Source of the DNA: Zootoca vivipara
Lineage: Eukaryota
Assembly: GCF_963506605.1 (NCBI RefSeq)
Contig: NC_083277.1
Location: 95,294,001-95,358,000, forward strand
Direction: 5' to 3'
DNA: 64,000 nt
Shown here: piece after piece, positions 21,201-35,700 of the stretch
Layout of the letters: each line of letters starts with the position of its first letter
How positions within the stretch are numbered: the first letter of the stretch is position 1
The notes under the pieces: model-generated
Told to the model about the DNA's origin: nothing
Database searches by the model: none
What the model saw: the letters and a program-made list of their open reading frames with translations, nothing else
Made by a program: the position numbers and the translations under genes

Positions 21201-24200
21201 GGACCCCTGACCATTAGGTCCAGTCGTGACCGACTCTGGGGTTGCGCGCTCATCTCGCATTATTGGCCGAGGGAGCCGGCGTATAGCTTCCAGGTCATGT
21301 GGCCAGCATGACAAAGCCGCTTCTGGCAAACCAGAGCAGCACATGGAAACGCCGTTTACCTTCCCGCTGTAGCGGTTCCTATTTATCTACTTGCATTTTG
21401 ACGTGCTTTCGAACTGCTAGGTTGGCAGGAGCTGGGACCGAGCAACGGGAGCTCACCCCGTCACAGGGATTCGAACCGCCAACCTTCTGATCAGCAAGCC
21501 CTAGGTTCAGTGGTTTAACCACAGCGCCACCTGGGTCCCTTACCTATTATGTACCATACCATAATTTATTTAGCAGTATCAAAACAGGTGTGCATGTCTG
21601 CCAGAACGAAGCAAAAATCCTTAATTATGTTTGACCCCCGACCCCATATGGAAAGAGTGGTTTACAGTATGTCCTGCGAGCAGGATGCCACATGTAAGGC
21701 TTCTGACACATCCGTCAAAGGAACAGCAAGAAATGGTATGTTTAAAAAGAGCAGCACATCAGAGGCCGCGATGACAGCATGCTCACTAGCATCAGAGAAG
21801 TTGTTCAGACTTTAGTGCCTTGAAGGTAGGCTAGTGTGGCTGCACTAGCGCTAGGTGGAAGATGAGCGAGGGAGCAATGTAGACTACTAACAAGGTGCCT
21901 TTCAGGTGGGCATGGGGACAAGCTTTGCAGTAGAATGGGACGGAGAAGCTCAAATGGGCAGGATGAGAGAACTGGAAATAACAGAAGTGTGACAAAAGAC
22001 CCAGCAGTCGTAGCATTCCTCTAACACCTGGAATGTAACTGCAGCCAGTTACAATTGAACAGAAAATCTACTCACGCCCAGATGGTGTAGGAGAGGAATA
22101 TGGAGGCACCCAGGAAAGAAGGGAAGCACAGCAAGGTGATGAAAATGGTGCTCATGTGAGATGCACGCCAGGGTTTACTGGGAGACTGGCAATTTCTCAT
22201 CAAGCTGGTCTAGGAGGGTGGAAAAAATACACAGTTTAAGCTAGCTTACTCACTCTCAGCCATATACTGGAGAAGATTGACCACAGCAAGCACTTTAAAG
22301 GGCAATGTGCTTCTAGAATCTTGCAGAAAGAAAAGCAACCCAGTGGGGCAATGGCCAATGGAAAAAGCAATAAGCACCCCTTCTCTCCCACTGCTTTTCT
22401 GCTCAGAATTGCACCTCCCAAGGCTGTTTTTCATTTAAAAGGGGAGGGATTATAATACAATACATTTATATACACATGTATTTGACTCTCAGCTTCTCAT
22501 GACTGATAAAAGTAAAAGCTAGGTTGCTTCCTGCTGGTCAAGGACCTCTATCAGGTTTCCATTTCCTTTAATTGTCTTTGGGACAGAGCGAGCTACAGAT
22601 CTGGGAGGCAGTCCTCCATCCACTCGGCGTGATTTGCTAGCTTGTCACCATCCCCATTTCTCTGTCCACAAAACTTCCATAAGCCAACCCTCTGCTAATG
22701 CATGTTGCCTCAGTGCAGTGGAAAGTGCATTAGTGCCCGTTGGAGATGGGCAGATAAATTACCTTCTTAATATAGAACAGGAGCAGCAACTTGAAGATTT
22801 GGACAACAGGGAGGAGTGGAGCAAAGAAGACTCCCAGCCTGGGCAGGAGGACAAAAAGGAGACCAGTAGTTTACTTAAGCTGAGCTTGTGAACCCCTGCA
22901 CATTTTTGCACCAGAATCTCAAATTATGCAACCAGAATCCTGTGAAGTATTTTACTTTGTTCAATCTAGTTCCTGGTTTTTAAAGGAGGTGGAATTCTTT
23001 AGCAGAGTCTGAAAGAAATGAATGCACAGAAAGATTGAAGGTGAAGATCGATGGGCTGCAAGGGGTCCATGATAAGGAGCTGTGCTTGACCTAGAGGCTC
23101 CATCCCATTGCATGTTGTTTTTGTGGTGTGACGATCCTATTTTAAAAGTTTGAATGATACAAAATAGGGTAAAAATACTGTAACTACACAACCAACAACA
23201 AGGTGCAGGTGTGCAGCAGTACCTGAAAGACTGTGGCAGCGGAGATTTAAAGGAAATTTAAAGCCTTCCAGCTTCAAAGTGGTTAATTAGGATTGTTTAA
23301 TTTACTGCTGGTCTTGATATTTGTTTAAATAATAGGATTGCTATTTGCGGAAGCTGCAGCTCAAGGGTAGAACAATATGCTTTGTATGCATAAGTCCCAG
23401 GCTTTTTCAGGTAAGGCTGCCAGTCAGTGTAGACAATATCAAGTAGGTGGTCCAGTGGCCTAATTCAGTACAAGGCAGCTTCCTCTGTTAACATATGTCA
23501 GACACCCCCAAACTGCGGCCCTCCAGATGTTTTGGCCTACAACTCCCATGATCCCTAGCTAACAGGACCAGTGGTCAGGGAAGATGGGAATTGTAGTCCA
23601 AAACATCTGGAGGGCTGAAGTTTGGGGATGCCTGACATATGTTATTGCACTAAAAGCCACCCTGAGCACCTCACATGAGACAGGGTGTAGATGTTTTAAA
23701 TAAAATGCATGTGATCTAAAGATCCTCTGCCTTCTTCAAAAACAGTTTGGTGCTTTTATCTGCAGGGTGAACAGAACGTAAGACTATAACATGAATATGG
23801 AAAGGGAAAAGGAGTGACCCAGCAAAAAATGGAAACGGGCATCTCTCACCAGGTCAAGGTTTGTCCATAGATGAGCTCCAGAACATTTCGAGCAATGTCA
23901 AACTCAGGCCTCCGTTTACTCTGTAGCTTCTTCTCCNNNNNNNNNNNNNNNNNNNNNNNNNNNNNNNNNNNNNNNNNNNNNNNNNNNNNNNNNNNNNNNN
24001 NNNNNNNNNNNNNNNNNNNNNNNNNNNNNNNNNNNNNNNNNNNNNNNNNNNNNNNNNNNNNNNNNNNNNNGGGGACAACTTCTGCTCACATCTGCTCTGA
24101 GGATTTCCCAGCCCTCTGGAGCAGATTCATTGGGGTATAGGGGAAGGAGATGTTCCATTGTGCCCATTGAAGTAGTTCTGCTTATGCAATGACTTCACTA

Positions 24201-27200
24201 GATTCAACCCAGGACACAGCTATACAGCTGCAGATATAATGTTTTAAGTGCATTACACAAATGTGACACCAGATGGTGACGGTGAGCTTATGGCAAATTC
24301 AATATATTTTTCAAAACGCTTTTTTAAAAAGCATTTTTATATGTGTCTAGATTCCACCCCAGTCAGTCTAAATTGCAAAGCAGAGCTTTGCCAGAGTAAG
24401 TTTTGGCATTTGGGAAAGGGATTGGCCTGATAATTACCTCCACATCAGCTCTCCGAAGAAGGTGTCCAAGAGACAGAAAATGAAATCCATCACCACCAAG
24501 CGGTAGAGCTCTTGTCCCACAAAGTTCTCCCAGCACTGTGGAAAAATGGACAAAACGGAGAGGTGTTTCTCTTTCTGGAGCTCTTGGCCAGCCAGTTTAT
24601 TCTGTCTGCTGTTGCTTCAGACATCCCTAGTAATAGAAGTTGAGTCCATCCCTGCTATGTGCAACGTGCCAGCAAAAAGATGACATTCTGAATCTTGCTT
24701 TTGAAGGGGCAGGGCTCTATTTGGTGCAGGTTAAAACAAGGGAAAGCAACGCCAGCCTGCCTTTGCTGCAGCCGGTCAACTCTACTCCCGTTTCACAAGA
24801 TACTTTCCATTGTTCCAGTTTTAGCATGTCCAATGAACAGATATAAGAAACTAATATTCGGGATAAATAAGGTTTTAAAGGTTATTCAAAGCACCAGAAA
24901 ATGTTTCCTGTTGCAAAGACCTTTCCCCTTTCTCATGAGCTATTTGCTAGAAATTATGAACCAACCGGGGGGGGGGGGGTCACTTGCTTCCAAGTACACA
25001 AAGCCACTTTTTTGTGCCTAGCTTGGTTCAGTATGATAAAACCACAGAAGACCAGCAGTTGCTGGAAATGTCCCAGCAGCAGTTTCACTTGCCACAAATT
25101 CACACTGACCTCCATTTCCGAAGTCGTCTCTTTCCTACTCAGCCAGTGATAACACAGCAACCCTAAGATGACCATCTTCAGAATTAAGTTCCTGAAGACA
25201 AAAACAAACAAAAAAGAAAAAGAGGAAAGGAATTTCTTAAGAAACAATATTCTGAGGAAGAAAATTGTTTCCAAGTTAGATCGACTAAACCCACCCACTC
25301 CACCTCAAATTGCCAGAATTGCTGGAATGTTACCTGGAGAATCTGGTCACATCCACAGCATGCATTTAAAGCACATGGCTTCCTCCCAAAGATTCCTGGG
25401 AGATGAATTTGTTTAAATGGGAGCTGGGAATTGTAGCTCTGTAAGGGGTACGCTGTGGGTTAAACCACAGAGCCTAGGGCTTGCCGATCAGAAGGTCGGC
25501 GGTTCGAATCCCTGCGACGGATGCGACGGTGAGCTCCCGTTGCTCGGTCCCAGCTCCTGCCAACCTAGCAGTTTGAAAGCACATCAAAGTGCAAGTAGAT
25601 AAATAGGGACTGCTACAGCGGGAAGGTAAACGGCATTTCCGTGTGCTGCTCTGGTTCTCCAGAAGCAGCTTTGTCATGCTGGCCACATGACCTGGAAGCT
25701 GTATGCCGGCTCCCTCGGCCAATAATGCGAGATGAGCGCGCAACCCCAGAGTTGGTCACGACTGGACCTAATGGTCATGGGTCCCTTTACCTTTACCTTT
25801 AAGGGGTACACTACAGTTCCCAGGATTCTTTGGCGGAATCCATGTGCTTTAAGTGTGATCTACTTAGTCTTCTTGTTCTTCTACTGGCAGGAGTAAAGAG
25901 GGAGGGGAAAAGCTATCACCAGCACATTCAGGCAAGGAGGACCAACGCCAATACCTGGACACAAAATGCAGAGGAAGCAACATGCTCTTCCGTTTCAGCT
26001 CTGTGTTACCTGCAGATGGCGACATACACCTCTAGGACGGGAGATTCCTGCTTCTCCCAGGCAGCCAGGAGGGTGTACATGTAGGGGATGAGCAAGTTAA
26101 TCAGAGACACCAACAGAGGCAGGGCCAGGAGCAGGGCTTCTCTGCCCATGTAGTTGCTTGTCAAGAGCTTCTCATGATGAACCTGCGGAAGTGGTGGACC
26201 ATGGGTTACCTGTTCAACTCTTATCAACTCCCCACATTTAATGCAAACAGCTCTAGATTCTAGGAATGGGATATAAGCATCGCAGGGCCTCCTTTATGAC
26301 TATCACTGAAATCACAACTTTCAGGCTGGGAAATTGCAAGAGATCATCTACATCTGCCTGTTTATTACAGTGAAAAGTGGCCACCTTTCATGGAAGAAAC
26401 AAGGCCAGCAGGGGATGTTGGGGATTGTAGTCCAATAACATCTGGGGACCCAAAGCTGGGGAAGGCAGGCCTCATGTGAGCCCAGTGAATGGCCTCTTTC
26501 CCCAAAGAGGCCAAGGATGTTGGAGATTCATTCCCCGTGTCTGCAGTCATGGGATTGTTGTCTATCACATGACGGTGTATGTTTTGACTCCACAGAGTGG
26601 GAAGTGACTGAGACAGGATGTTTGTGATACTGTGTTCCATGAAGTTCTTTCTCTTTGCTGTCTGATGCTAGAGAGAGAGAGGGAGCCATGTTGCAGTGCT
26701 CTGAGTGTATTATATGTAAATAAACGTAGATTAGCCAAAATGCTGAGTTGCTGAGGTCTGTTACGCAAACTGCAAAGACTCTGCGGATCCCTAAGCATGC
26801 CAAAGCTTTTCGGCATCAGTCAGTGTGATGTTTGGGTTGGAGAAAGCTTTTGAAGCTCCCAAACGATCGACCAGGATGGAGAGAACATGCCAGTCGGGCA
26901 TGTGTCTTTACCAAGGTCCTACTCATGTGTAGGACGATTCCTAACAAAGGAGTCCCTGCTACAGACCTAGAAAATCAGAGATAATGCTTGCTGCCAAGAA
27001 CACAGCAGGCCCTTGGATGGCAATGTAGCAGCCATCTCACCTGGTAAATGTATATAGAAAAGTAGTGAACTCCTAGGACACATCCCAGAACAATGCCCAG
27101 AGACAGAGTCCAGGCCGTCAGTAGGATTGCCAGCCTCTGCAGTCTCTTGCACAGGTTTAATGGGCGAGACCTGGATCGCCGCTCAGCCAGACATTCCTGA

Positions 27201-27875
27201 TAAAGGAAAAGAGGAAGAAAAAACCACCTGAGTGATACATGAGAACAGGGGCTGCAACATGACTTCCTAGTTACGTGGCCAATCTGCATTTCTTAGGGGT
27301 AGGCAACATACCCAATGCAAAAGGTGCCAGCACTAAATCTGTGGGAGAGGCACCTGGGAGTTCAAAAGAATCAAAGATTGTGACTATCATCTGCTCTGTA
27401 ATATGGGGAGGTTATCTGTACAAAAGAGCTGTTGTTGTCATTATAGAATTGTAGAGTTGGAAGGGACCCCCAAGGGTCATTTAGTCCAACGCCCTGCAAC
27501 GCAGGAATCACAGCCAAATAATCCCTGACAAATGGCCATCCAAACTCTGCAGAAAAACCTCCAATGGAGTCCACCACCTCCTGAGGGAGTCCATTCTACT
27601 GTTGGAACAGCTCTTACTGTCAGAAGGTTCTTCCTAACGTTTAATTGGAAGCTCCTTTCTTGTAACTTGAAGCCATTGGTTTGGTCCTACCCTCTGAGCA
27701 CCAGAAAGCAAGCAAACTCCATCTTCCATGTGGCACCATCTCTCAGCAAAAGTTTATACAGTTTGGAGAGGTACAAGCATCATGGCACAGATATTGCTGC
27801 CAAACAAAATGCCTTGTTACCTTCTCATTTCTAGCTACCCAGACCAGAGTGGGGTACAAATAAATAAATAAATAA

Positions 27876-27915
<40 letters not shown>

Positions 27916-29707
27916 CTCCTGCTGCACAGGATCTCAAGTGCCCCATCACTCAGCCTTCCCAGGCAGACCGGTTTACCCACCAAGCTTGTTGCATTTTCAC
28001 AGCCTGAATTGGCACATTCAGTACTTGCCTTCAGGTGAGTGCAGATGTTTTCACTCTGAAGTCGGACGGAGCGTTTCTGGATCACCTTGTAGTCCCAGGC
28101 ACAGAAGACTTTGATTGCCAGGTCCCCTGATGCACTGTCCACGCGGTAGCTCTCCCCAAAGGAGTGGGACATGCTGCAAAGAAGGGAGAAGATACCGTCA
28201 ATCAGCTTGTGTTAGAAATACTTTCTTTAAATCAAAAACCCCATCAAGGGTCCCCCCCCCCATTTCTTAAAGTTATTTCACTCTTTCTGATACCAGATTG
28301 TTGACCATCTGGCGAAAAATAGACACTCTGACACTGCCTGAGTTAAGTAAGTCTCATCATGTTCCATGGCGTTTACTCCCAGATAAATACGCATTGGATT
28401 GCAGACCTTAAAACAGATATTATTAGTGTTCACATGTCATAATAAACCATAAGGGCTTGGGACCAGTTTACTTGCAGTCTTACTTTATATGCCCACTCAA
28501 CTACTCTGATACTGTTGTAGCTGCCACATAATAATCAATCAATCAATCAATCAATCAATATTTTTATTACGGTCGACGACCAGCACACACATATAAAACA
28601 TAATACTCTTTTTGCAGTTCTGAGAAATCCATCTTATAACATGGTAGCAACAATGCTTTGAAACTCCCTGCCTAGTGACACCAGACAGGCACCTTTGCTG
28701 TACTCTTTTTGGTGCTTGCTTAAATCATTTTTGTAAAATGGTGACATGTTTTTAACTGTTTTTTTAAATTATCTTTAAAAATATGTTTTAACTGTTCTAT
28801 TGATAATTTTAATATTTCTTGTAAACTGCTTACAAGACTGCAAATTTTAACAAAATATGTTACTATTTAGACTTGCAATATATGCTATCACATTTGAATG
28901 GCAATTATGAACCCTTCTTGATTGCTTTGTTGTTGTTGCTGCAATCCTTCCCATCCTGGAGGCCTCAAAATGCTGCTGGATTACAGTTTCCACAATCCCT
29001 GACCATCAGCTCTGCCTTCTGGGAATGATGGGGAGCTGAATTTAAAATTATATGGGAGGATACCAGGTTGGAGAAGGTTGGGTGTACCAGACTGCAGCAA
29101 AAAAAGCAGTAAGAAATACTGATGGGAATGAGGAAGTGTTATTTGGAGCCAAACACCTCTGTTTTCCCCAGAGTGGCTGGGGAAACCCAGCCAGATGGGT
29201 GACATATAAATAATAAGAAATTATTATTATTTTCAGGGAATTGTAAAAAATCAGAAAGGATGCAGAATATGGAAGGTACCTAAACATTTTCTAAATGCAA
29301 CCAAGAAGGAAAGACAAAATGAAAATGTTGAGGACAGGTGCTGTGCAAGAGAAAAAGCAAAGAAAATTCCTGAAACCCGTATCATCTCACCTGTACACCA
29401 GCAGAAGGCAGGTCACAAAGAAGGAGACCCCGGTGGCTAACACGTAAGCCAGTGGCATATTGTATGGGAGATGGACAGGTCTGCCCTGCCTGCAAGTTGT
29501 GCTGTTGTTAAGGCTGAATGTGCAAGGGTCATTCAGTGTGAAGTTACTGTAGTAGCCATAATACATCAATGTGTGATTGAAGTAGCCCTGCAAGAAGAGA
29601 GAAATGGTTTCCAGTCCTTCAGGTGCCTTACCCTTTGCCCAAAGAACTTGGGCACAGCAACATGGGGATGGCTCACGCATGCATGCTTGACACAACCACT
29701 GATGACA

Positions 29708-29756
<49 letters not shown>

Positions 29757-32700
29757 CCAGGACAGGGCTCAGGACAGCTAACACCAAATATAAAACTAGA
29801 ATAATATAACCAAATATAAAAATATAAAATTAAAATACAGCTTAAAAACAAGATTAAATACAACATTTAAAATGCAGCCTCATCAGAAAAGGGGGGGGAG
29901 GGGATCAAGTTGATTCCAGGCCAAAGGCCAGGTGGAACAACTCTGTCTTACAGGCCCTGCGGAAAGAAATCAAATCCCGCAGGGCCCTGGTCTCATGAGA
30001 CAGAGCGTTCCACCAGGCCAATGTTGAAAAGGCCCTGGGCTCTGGTTGAGGCTAATCTGACTTCCTTACGGCCTGCAATCTCTAAGGTGTTGCTATTTAC
30101 GGACCTTAAGGTCCTCCGTGGGGCATACCGGGAGAGGCGGTCCCGTAGGTACGAGGGTTCTAGGCCGTGAAGGGCTTTAAATGTCCTTACAATTCCCCCA
30201 CTTCTTCTCAGAGTATAGGAGTATGGGTTTTTTAAAACCCTCATGGGCTAAGCAAACACTTCTGCTGTGCAATTGTTTCCAGAAGTAGTGTTGGAATAAG
30301 GAGAAAGGCATATTTTACGTTGTGATGGGGGATTTGTGGCCCTCCCAATCTTGCTGGACTACAGCTCCTATCGTGCGTGACCACTGCCTGTGCTGCATGT
30401 TTCTGCACCCCCGCTTTAAATATCACTCCACGCATGCCACTATTAGCAGTACCCTGTTTTATCCCAGTGGCAGCAAAGGGACATCAGTTGTATTCGACAA
30501 ATGCTTACCGCTCCAGTGAGGGGCTCAAGCCCCGTGAAGGCTTTGGTGTTGGGTGTGGTAGGAGGGTAAGCAGCCTGCACGGCAACCACGAAGACCAGCA
30601 GGAGCAGAAACAAGAAGAGATTGAACATGAGCAAAGTCTTGAGGAACAGGAAGTAGGAGAGGATGCTGGACCCAAAGCGGCCGCCGATCTGCTTGAGGGA
30701 ATAATGCCAGGGCTGGAGGGTGTGCCGGAGGGACAGAAGGCTGTACCAGAGATTCCGGAACCCCTGCAGGGAAAGCAGACTTTGATCAGAGAAGCCCTTC
30801 AGCTGAAGAGATGGTAGCTTTCAGCAAGCCATTGGTTGGGGTCCTACAGGTGTGTTTCAGCAACACACAGTTAAGCAGATCATTCCATGTCTTGGTGAGG
30901 GTGCAGGTCATGTGCAAGAGGAGAAGGAGAGGGAGGAAATCCCATTGCATTAGTACAACTATTTAGTTGACCCCCCCAAGCATTTGAGCTACACTGGACT
31001 AAGCACCCAACCAACCCTGCTGGACTCCTTCCTGTTGTCCTTGGCAGGATAAGAAAAACCACTGCAATCCACTGTGTCAGGGGTTGCCAAACTGTTGTCT
31101 GCTAGTTTCATTCAGGGGGTCTGCTGAGCATCTGTGAATTTGTGGTTGAAGATGGGAGATGCCACATCAATCATACGGGATATTCGTATTAATTTTTATT
31201 CGTATTTTCATTGCTTATTTCTTATATTGTGTTTTATCGTATCACCCTTTGAATTCTATGGAACTACTTCTGCCACAACAGGCAGAAAATCCATTAAGTG
31301 GTCCCACCAAGGCCCTCAGCCATTTTCAAGTGGTCTGTGGGGAGGAAAGAATTTTGGGAGCCGCTACAGTATGTGAAACATTCAGTCACAGCCTGTTTTG
31401 AGCAAACCACCAGGCCGCAATCTCTGAAGTGTGAATTACAATGTTCTAGCTCACTGGGGTGCGGCACAAAATGAGTAAATATTTGCTTTGCATGTGGCAC
31501 AGTAAGAATGGCATAAGAATATTAATTGCCTCCTCTCCAAGCCCAGCTTGGAGCCTAACATTGTGCCTTCTCAAAATGCGAGCAGAGCCAAAAATGAACT
31601 TGTGTTGAAGAGAAAGCTGACATAAGTTTTCCATTATCTATTTACTACATTTCTATCCCACCTTTCATTGAAGGAGGTCAAGGTAATGTACATGATTCTC
31701 ACCCCGCCCCCCAAAAATCTCATCCCCACAACAATCCTGTGAGGTAGGTCAAGCTACTGGCCCAAAGTCACCCAGAGAGCTTCATGTCTGAGTGGGAATT
31801 TGAAGCCAGGTCTTGAGTACAACACTCTAACGGCACTAGAAGAAACTTAGAAAGAGGCTCCTAAAACATTTTAATGCCTTGATGGCATTAACATAAACTC
31901 CGTAGCTGGTAAAAGTTGGCTGAAGCCTTCCACAGTTATTGTCTCAAATCCTTAGAAGGATTCTGATGGATATTTCCACAGCTATGTAAGGAAGATTCTG
32001 GAGGCCACACTTCTTCTCAGAGAGGCCCCTGAGTCTGTTTTTCTCCTCACAATATAGATATACTAATGGAGTGCTTGGGAAGCTGTTGTATAGACAAATG
32101 AGGGATTTCATTAGTTGTATGAAAGGAATTGGCCTCGATTAGGCAACCTTGCTGATAAAGGGGAAAGGAGCCTATCTAGAAAGGGTGTTGGTAAAGTTAT
32201 GCCCTCATTTAGCAGCACCTTCAATGGGCATAAGCAGATATTCTTCTCTCTTTCTAGGGGGAGCTGGTGGTGCCAAAGCAGGCTGACCTTCCCAGGGCTA
32301 CTTTTACAGCATACATTTAAATCAGTAGTATACCACTTCACTAGTCACAGCTTCCTCCAAACAAATCCTGGGAACTGTAGTTTGTTATGGGTGCTGCGGG
32401 TTGCTAGGAGACCCCTATATGCTTCGCAGAGCTGCAGTTCCCCGAGTTCACCAAGAAAAGGGATTGATTGTTAAACCACTCTGGGTACTGTGGCTCGGTG
32501 AGGGGAACTGAGGTGTCCTAATACCACTCAGCACCCTTAACAAACTACAGTTCCCAGGATTCTTTGGGGGAAGCCATGAACAGTTGTTTGGGTTCCGAGA
32601 TATTCAGGGGAGGCACTTCTCTCAGTCCCGCCATCCTCACAGGCACGCTTGGAAGGGACGCGGGAAAGCGCCTTCTCAGTGGCTTCTCCCAGACTTTGGC

Positions 32701-35700
32701 ACTCTCTCCCTAGAGAAGCTAGACCTGCTCCCTCCTTGTTGTCCTTCTGCCTGCAGGTGAAGCCTTTCTTATTGCAACAGGCTTTTGGGAACTGACTGTG
32801 TTTAAGGAAAGGGCTGGTGCTATGCTGTTTTATTGTAATAAATAAATAATAATAATAATGTATAAAAGTGTTTTGAAGGTATGGCACAGATGCGGCCCAG
32901 GACAGGTGAAGTTCATGACTTACTATGATGATGTGGTATTTAAGCCGGCTGCAATGTGACAAAGGAGCTCTTGTCTTGGGCTTCATCAAGGTGCCTGAGT
33001 GCCCACTTGATTCCTGCCTACAAAGGGACAGACAGAAGGATTTTTTATAGAATCATTGCAAAAAGCTGCTCTTTAGATGAGAAGTATGAGTTCCTCGTCG
33101 TTCAGCACACTCACCAACTGCTCCCTTGATTGCATTAATAAATAAAATAAAATAAAATTTTGCCCACTCTGGGCAGCTTCCAACAGAATATTAAAAACAC
33201 AATAAAAGATCAAACATTAAAAATTTCCATAAACAGGGCTGCCTTCAGATGTCTTCTAAAAGTCAGGTAGTTGTTTATTTCCTTGACATCTGGTGGGAGG
33301 GCATTCCACAGGGCGGGCGTCACTGAATATCATTCCTGCCCATTTTAATACAGTAGTGCTGAAATGGCTTAAAGGCACTGACCTCAGCTTGCACTTCTCG
33401 CCCAGGCTTAGAGGCATTGTTCTCAGCATGCTGATGCGCTGGCTGGCTGGCAGGCTCCGGAGTTCTTTCACCAGTAGGCTGCGTTTGGCTAGGGAAGGAA
33501 GTATACAGGCTAAGCTATTCAGTCTTTTATGCTTAAGCCAAGAAATGGTCTCTTCAACTATATTTAGCACTAGTAGACGCATTAATGGCTCGAGACTACT
33601 GAAGAAGCCCAGAAAACTGTGCTTAGGGAGTGTGCTATCCGCCAACCCCAACAAATCAGCCCCACCGGGGGCGAAACAGCAGCCTCTCAACTGTATGGAC
33701 TGCTAGGGCGAAACGGGGTTAGAACGCTGGCACCCTGTCTTCTTTATAACTTCATACACGGGTTCATCTACACCTCACAACTACTGGGAACATTGCTGAA
33801 CTTACCTTCTTCTTGAATCTTCTTGAACTTATTTAAAAAACAAGAAAAAACGAGTCAAGAATTTGTAAGAACCTAGTAAAATCTGATATTGCAAGTTCAC
33901 TTTATTTTAGGTGGTACCTCGACATCTGAACGACTCGACTTCCGAAGGTTTCGACTTCCGAAGTCAACAAACCCAGAAGTCTTTTCACCCCGTGCGCGTT
34001 CTGCGGCTGCACAGAAGCGCGCTTCGCGCAGGCACAAAACGGGCGCTTCAACAACCGAAGACTTTGACTTACAAAGAGCACCGCGGAACGGATCGTCTTC
34101 GTAAGTCGAGGTACCACTTTAGTTGTAAGTTTTCATGGCACTTTGTAAGTAATTGTCTCTTTCTCACAAATTTGATAAATGGTGTAAAATTATTTTTGAA
34201 CAACTGTGTGAATATTTGTCGGCAACGTGCTGTACAGGTTGCACTATCTTTATCAACGGCATAGGTTGCATTTTTCCAGCATTTCGAATGGCAGGCATTT
34301 TGGCAAAAGAGAGAAAATGTCAATAATAATAATAATAATAATAATTGTGGCTTCTTGGCTCCCCTTTCTTACACATTTTGAACTGGGTATTAAAACAAAC
34401 AAGTCATATAGAAAACAAGAAATAAACCACACACTGGATCCTACATCTCTGGAAAAGTATTTGTTCCATGGCCCTTCCTGGAAAGGCTGACCCTGTGCAT
34501 TTTCTTGAGACAGGGCCATAACATGATGATAGTGCTACCTTGAAGGGCTATGGTTGTTGGTCTTCTGAGCCGTCATTGGCCTGGAAAGGTATTCTGCCCC
34601 ACCTGCTCTGGTGAAAAAGTCCAATTGTTCCAACCATATGCACAGAACAGTGACCATTATTTCCCTAAAATGCTCATCACTCATAGACAGCTGGACAATG
34701 GGTACACGGCCCCTTCCAATTTCTTGCCAGTGTGTGCATCTCCCCAAGCTTTCCCCAGCGGACTTACTATCCTCTTCCTCGTGGCCGGAATCCAGGTCTA
34801 GATGAAGCTGCCGGATGCTGGGCCGTGCGGAGCGGGACACTTCTTGAAGAGGGGCCCGGCTGCTCTTCCGGCGCAGCCTGGCAGTGCGGTTACAATACTG
34901 GGAGATGACAGCTCCTCTGCTGCGGCCTGCAAGTGGATGAGAAAGAAGATGAGAGGAAGGCTCCTGGTCTGATACCAGGGAGAACGTTCAGCCCCTATTG
35001 TTTGTGCCCCGTGCTAAAAAGCCTTAACTCTGAGACCCTGACTCTTGCAAAGGCACTTCCTTGCATGCTTGCTCCAACTCACCAATAGTTCGGCTGGGCA
35101 TGCTGGCCAGGATGCGCAGAGTGGCTGAGGAGAAGTCAGGATGTTCTGCCATCTGTCCTGGTGCCTCCCAAGCCTCAGTCCGGCGGGGAGGAGAAATCGT
35201 GTAGGCCAGATTCTCTGGCGGGAAGGGAGGAACAAAATGATTTACTGCATAGTCTTGGGTAAGGAGGTGGAAGGGGAGTTGCCAACCTCCTGAGAACTGC
35301 CCTATTGGAGCAGGGATCCTCCTTACCTACTTTTCATTTCCAGTTCCGTGCATGCTCCCTCGTTTTAAATAAAAGCAGTGCTTCTCGGACTTTTAAATAC
35401 TTTGCTACCACTTTTGAACATACTGTGCCTTCTCTCCCCAACCTCAACTCAGGACCAACCTTTCGTTCCTCAGCAGACTTAAGAACAAAAGAAGAACGCT
35501 GTTGAATCAGGCATATGACCTCTCTGGTCCAGCGTTAAATATGAAATCTTTAATGAACCATAACATAAAACATACATTTTCTGTGAGGATTGCAACACTC
35601 CAGTTCTGCTAGGTGCGACAGACTTCCATTTGCAAAATGGAACTTCCTTCTTCTCTCCCCTGAAGGCCCCAACCACATGCCAGAGATGGCCAAAATTAGG

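Larger units (their letters stand above)
27197..28028 (-). other. GC-AG intron in TMC6
   Basis: Exon ends ...CTGAAG|GCAAGT and the next exon resumes in phase 0 (ECLAE). Confidence 0.85.
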
